The position numbers were made by a program, and so were the translations under genes. From the sequence record NC_031120.1: DNA of 64,000 bases; one strand, written 5' to 3'. Each line of letters opens with the position of its first letter. Position 1 is the first letter of the stretch. Positions 63,971-64,000 of this stretch are shown here, one piece after another. Under the pieces are notes generated by a model. That model was given only the letters and a program-made list of their open reading frames with translations, made no database searches and was not told where the DNA came from.

Positions 63971-64000
63971 ATGAAATCTGTATTTACGCTCCGTATGCCT
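63971..64000 (+). CDS. start of a CDS running off the window
   Basis: TATG core at ~63938, AAGGA RBS, ATG 63971. Confidence 0.45.
   Translation, partial: MKSVFTLRMP

Noticed and set aside
1-64000. CRISPR arrays, transposases, integrases, suppressor tRNAs or stop-codon reassignment
   Set aside because: No regularly spaced direct repeats or mobile-element ORFs seen; core genes are intact in the standard code and no intact tRNA has a stop-reading anticodon

Overview
A 64-kb segment of a phiKZ-related, nucleus-forming jumbo phage (Chimalliviridae) with enterobacterial codon usage. Gene order matches what I recall for the SPN3US/Erwinia-phage group. All phiKZ/SPN3US gene numbers below come from recalled synteny plus motifs visible in the translations, not from database searches. 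Left 5 kb (accessory, RNA-rich): an Ntn-hydrolase/HslV-like peptidase, eight tRNA genes (Trp, Cys, Tyr, Glu, Asp, Ser, Met/Ile-CAT, Asn), two degenerate tRNA-like elements, a TerB / membrane protein / TAXI-binding-protein module, and a ~600-750 nt hairpin-dense stretch lacking a credible ORF that looks like a large non-coding RNA. 5-36 kb (core early/middle block): an array of small genes, the catalytic half of the split family-B DNA polymerase, chimallin (ChmA), four non-virion RNA polymerase subunits, an Mre11/SbcD-like nuclease, ChmC, PicA/Imp1 and an SF2 helicase. 36-64 kb: a putative tail-chaperone gene pair with a candidate programmed -1 frameshift, a virion RNAP subunit, the exonuclease half of the DNA polymerase, head/ejection proteins with A-x-E protease sites, baseplate/neck proteins and DHFR. 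Best leads: the large structured RNA beside the tRNA array, the T-TTT-TTC frameshift at 38874, shared low-complexity motifs on PicA and its neighbour, and an 18-bp palindrome serving as ribosome-binding site for two divergent virion genes.
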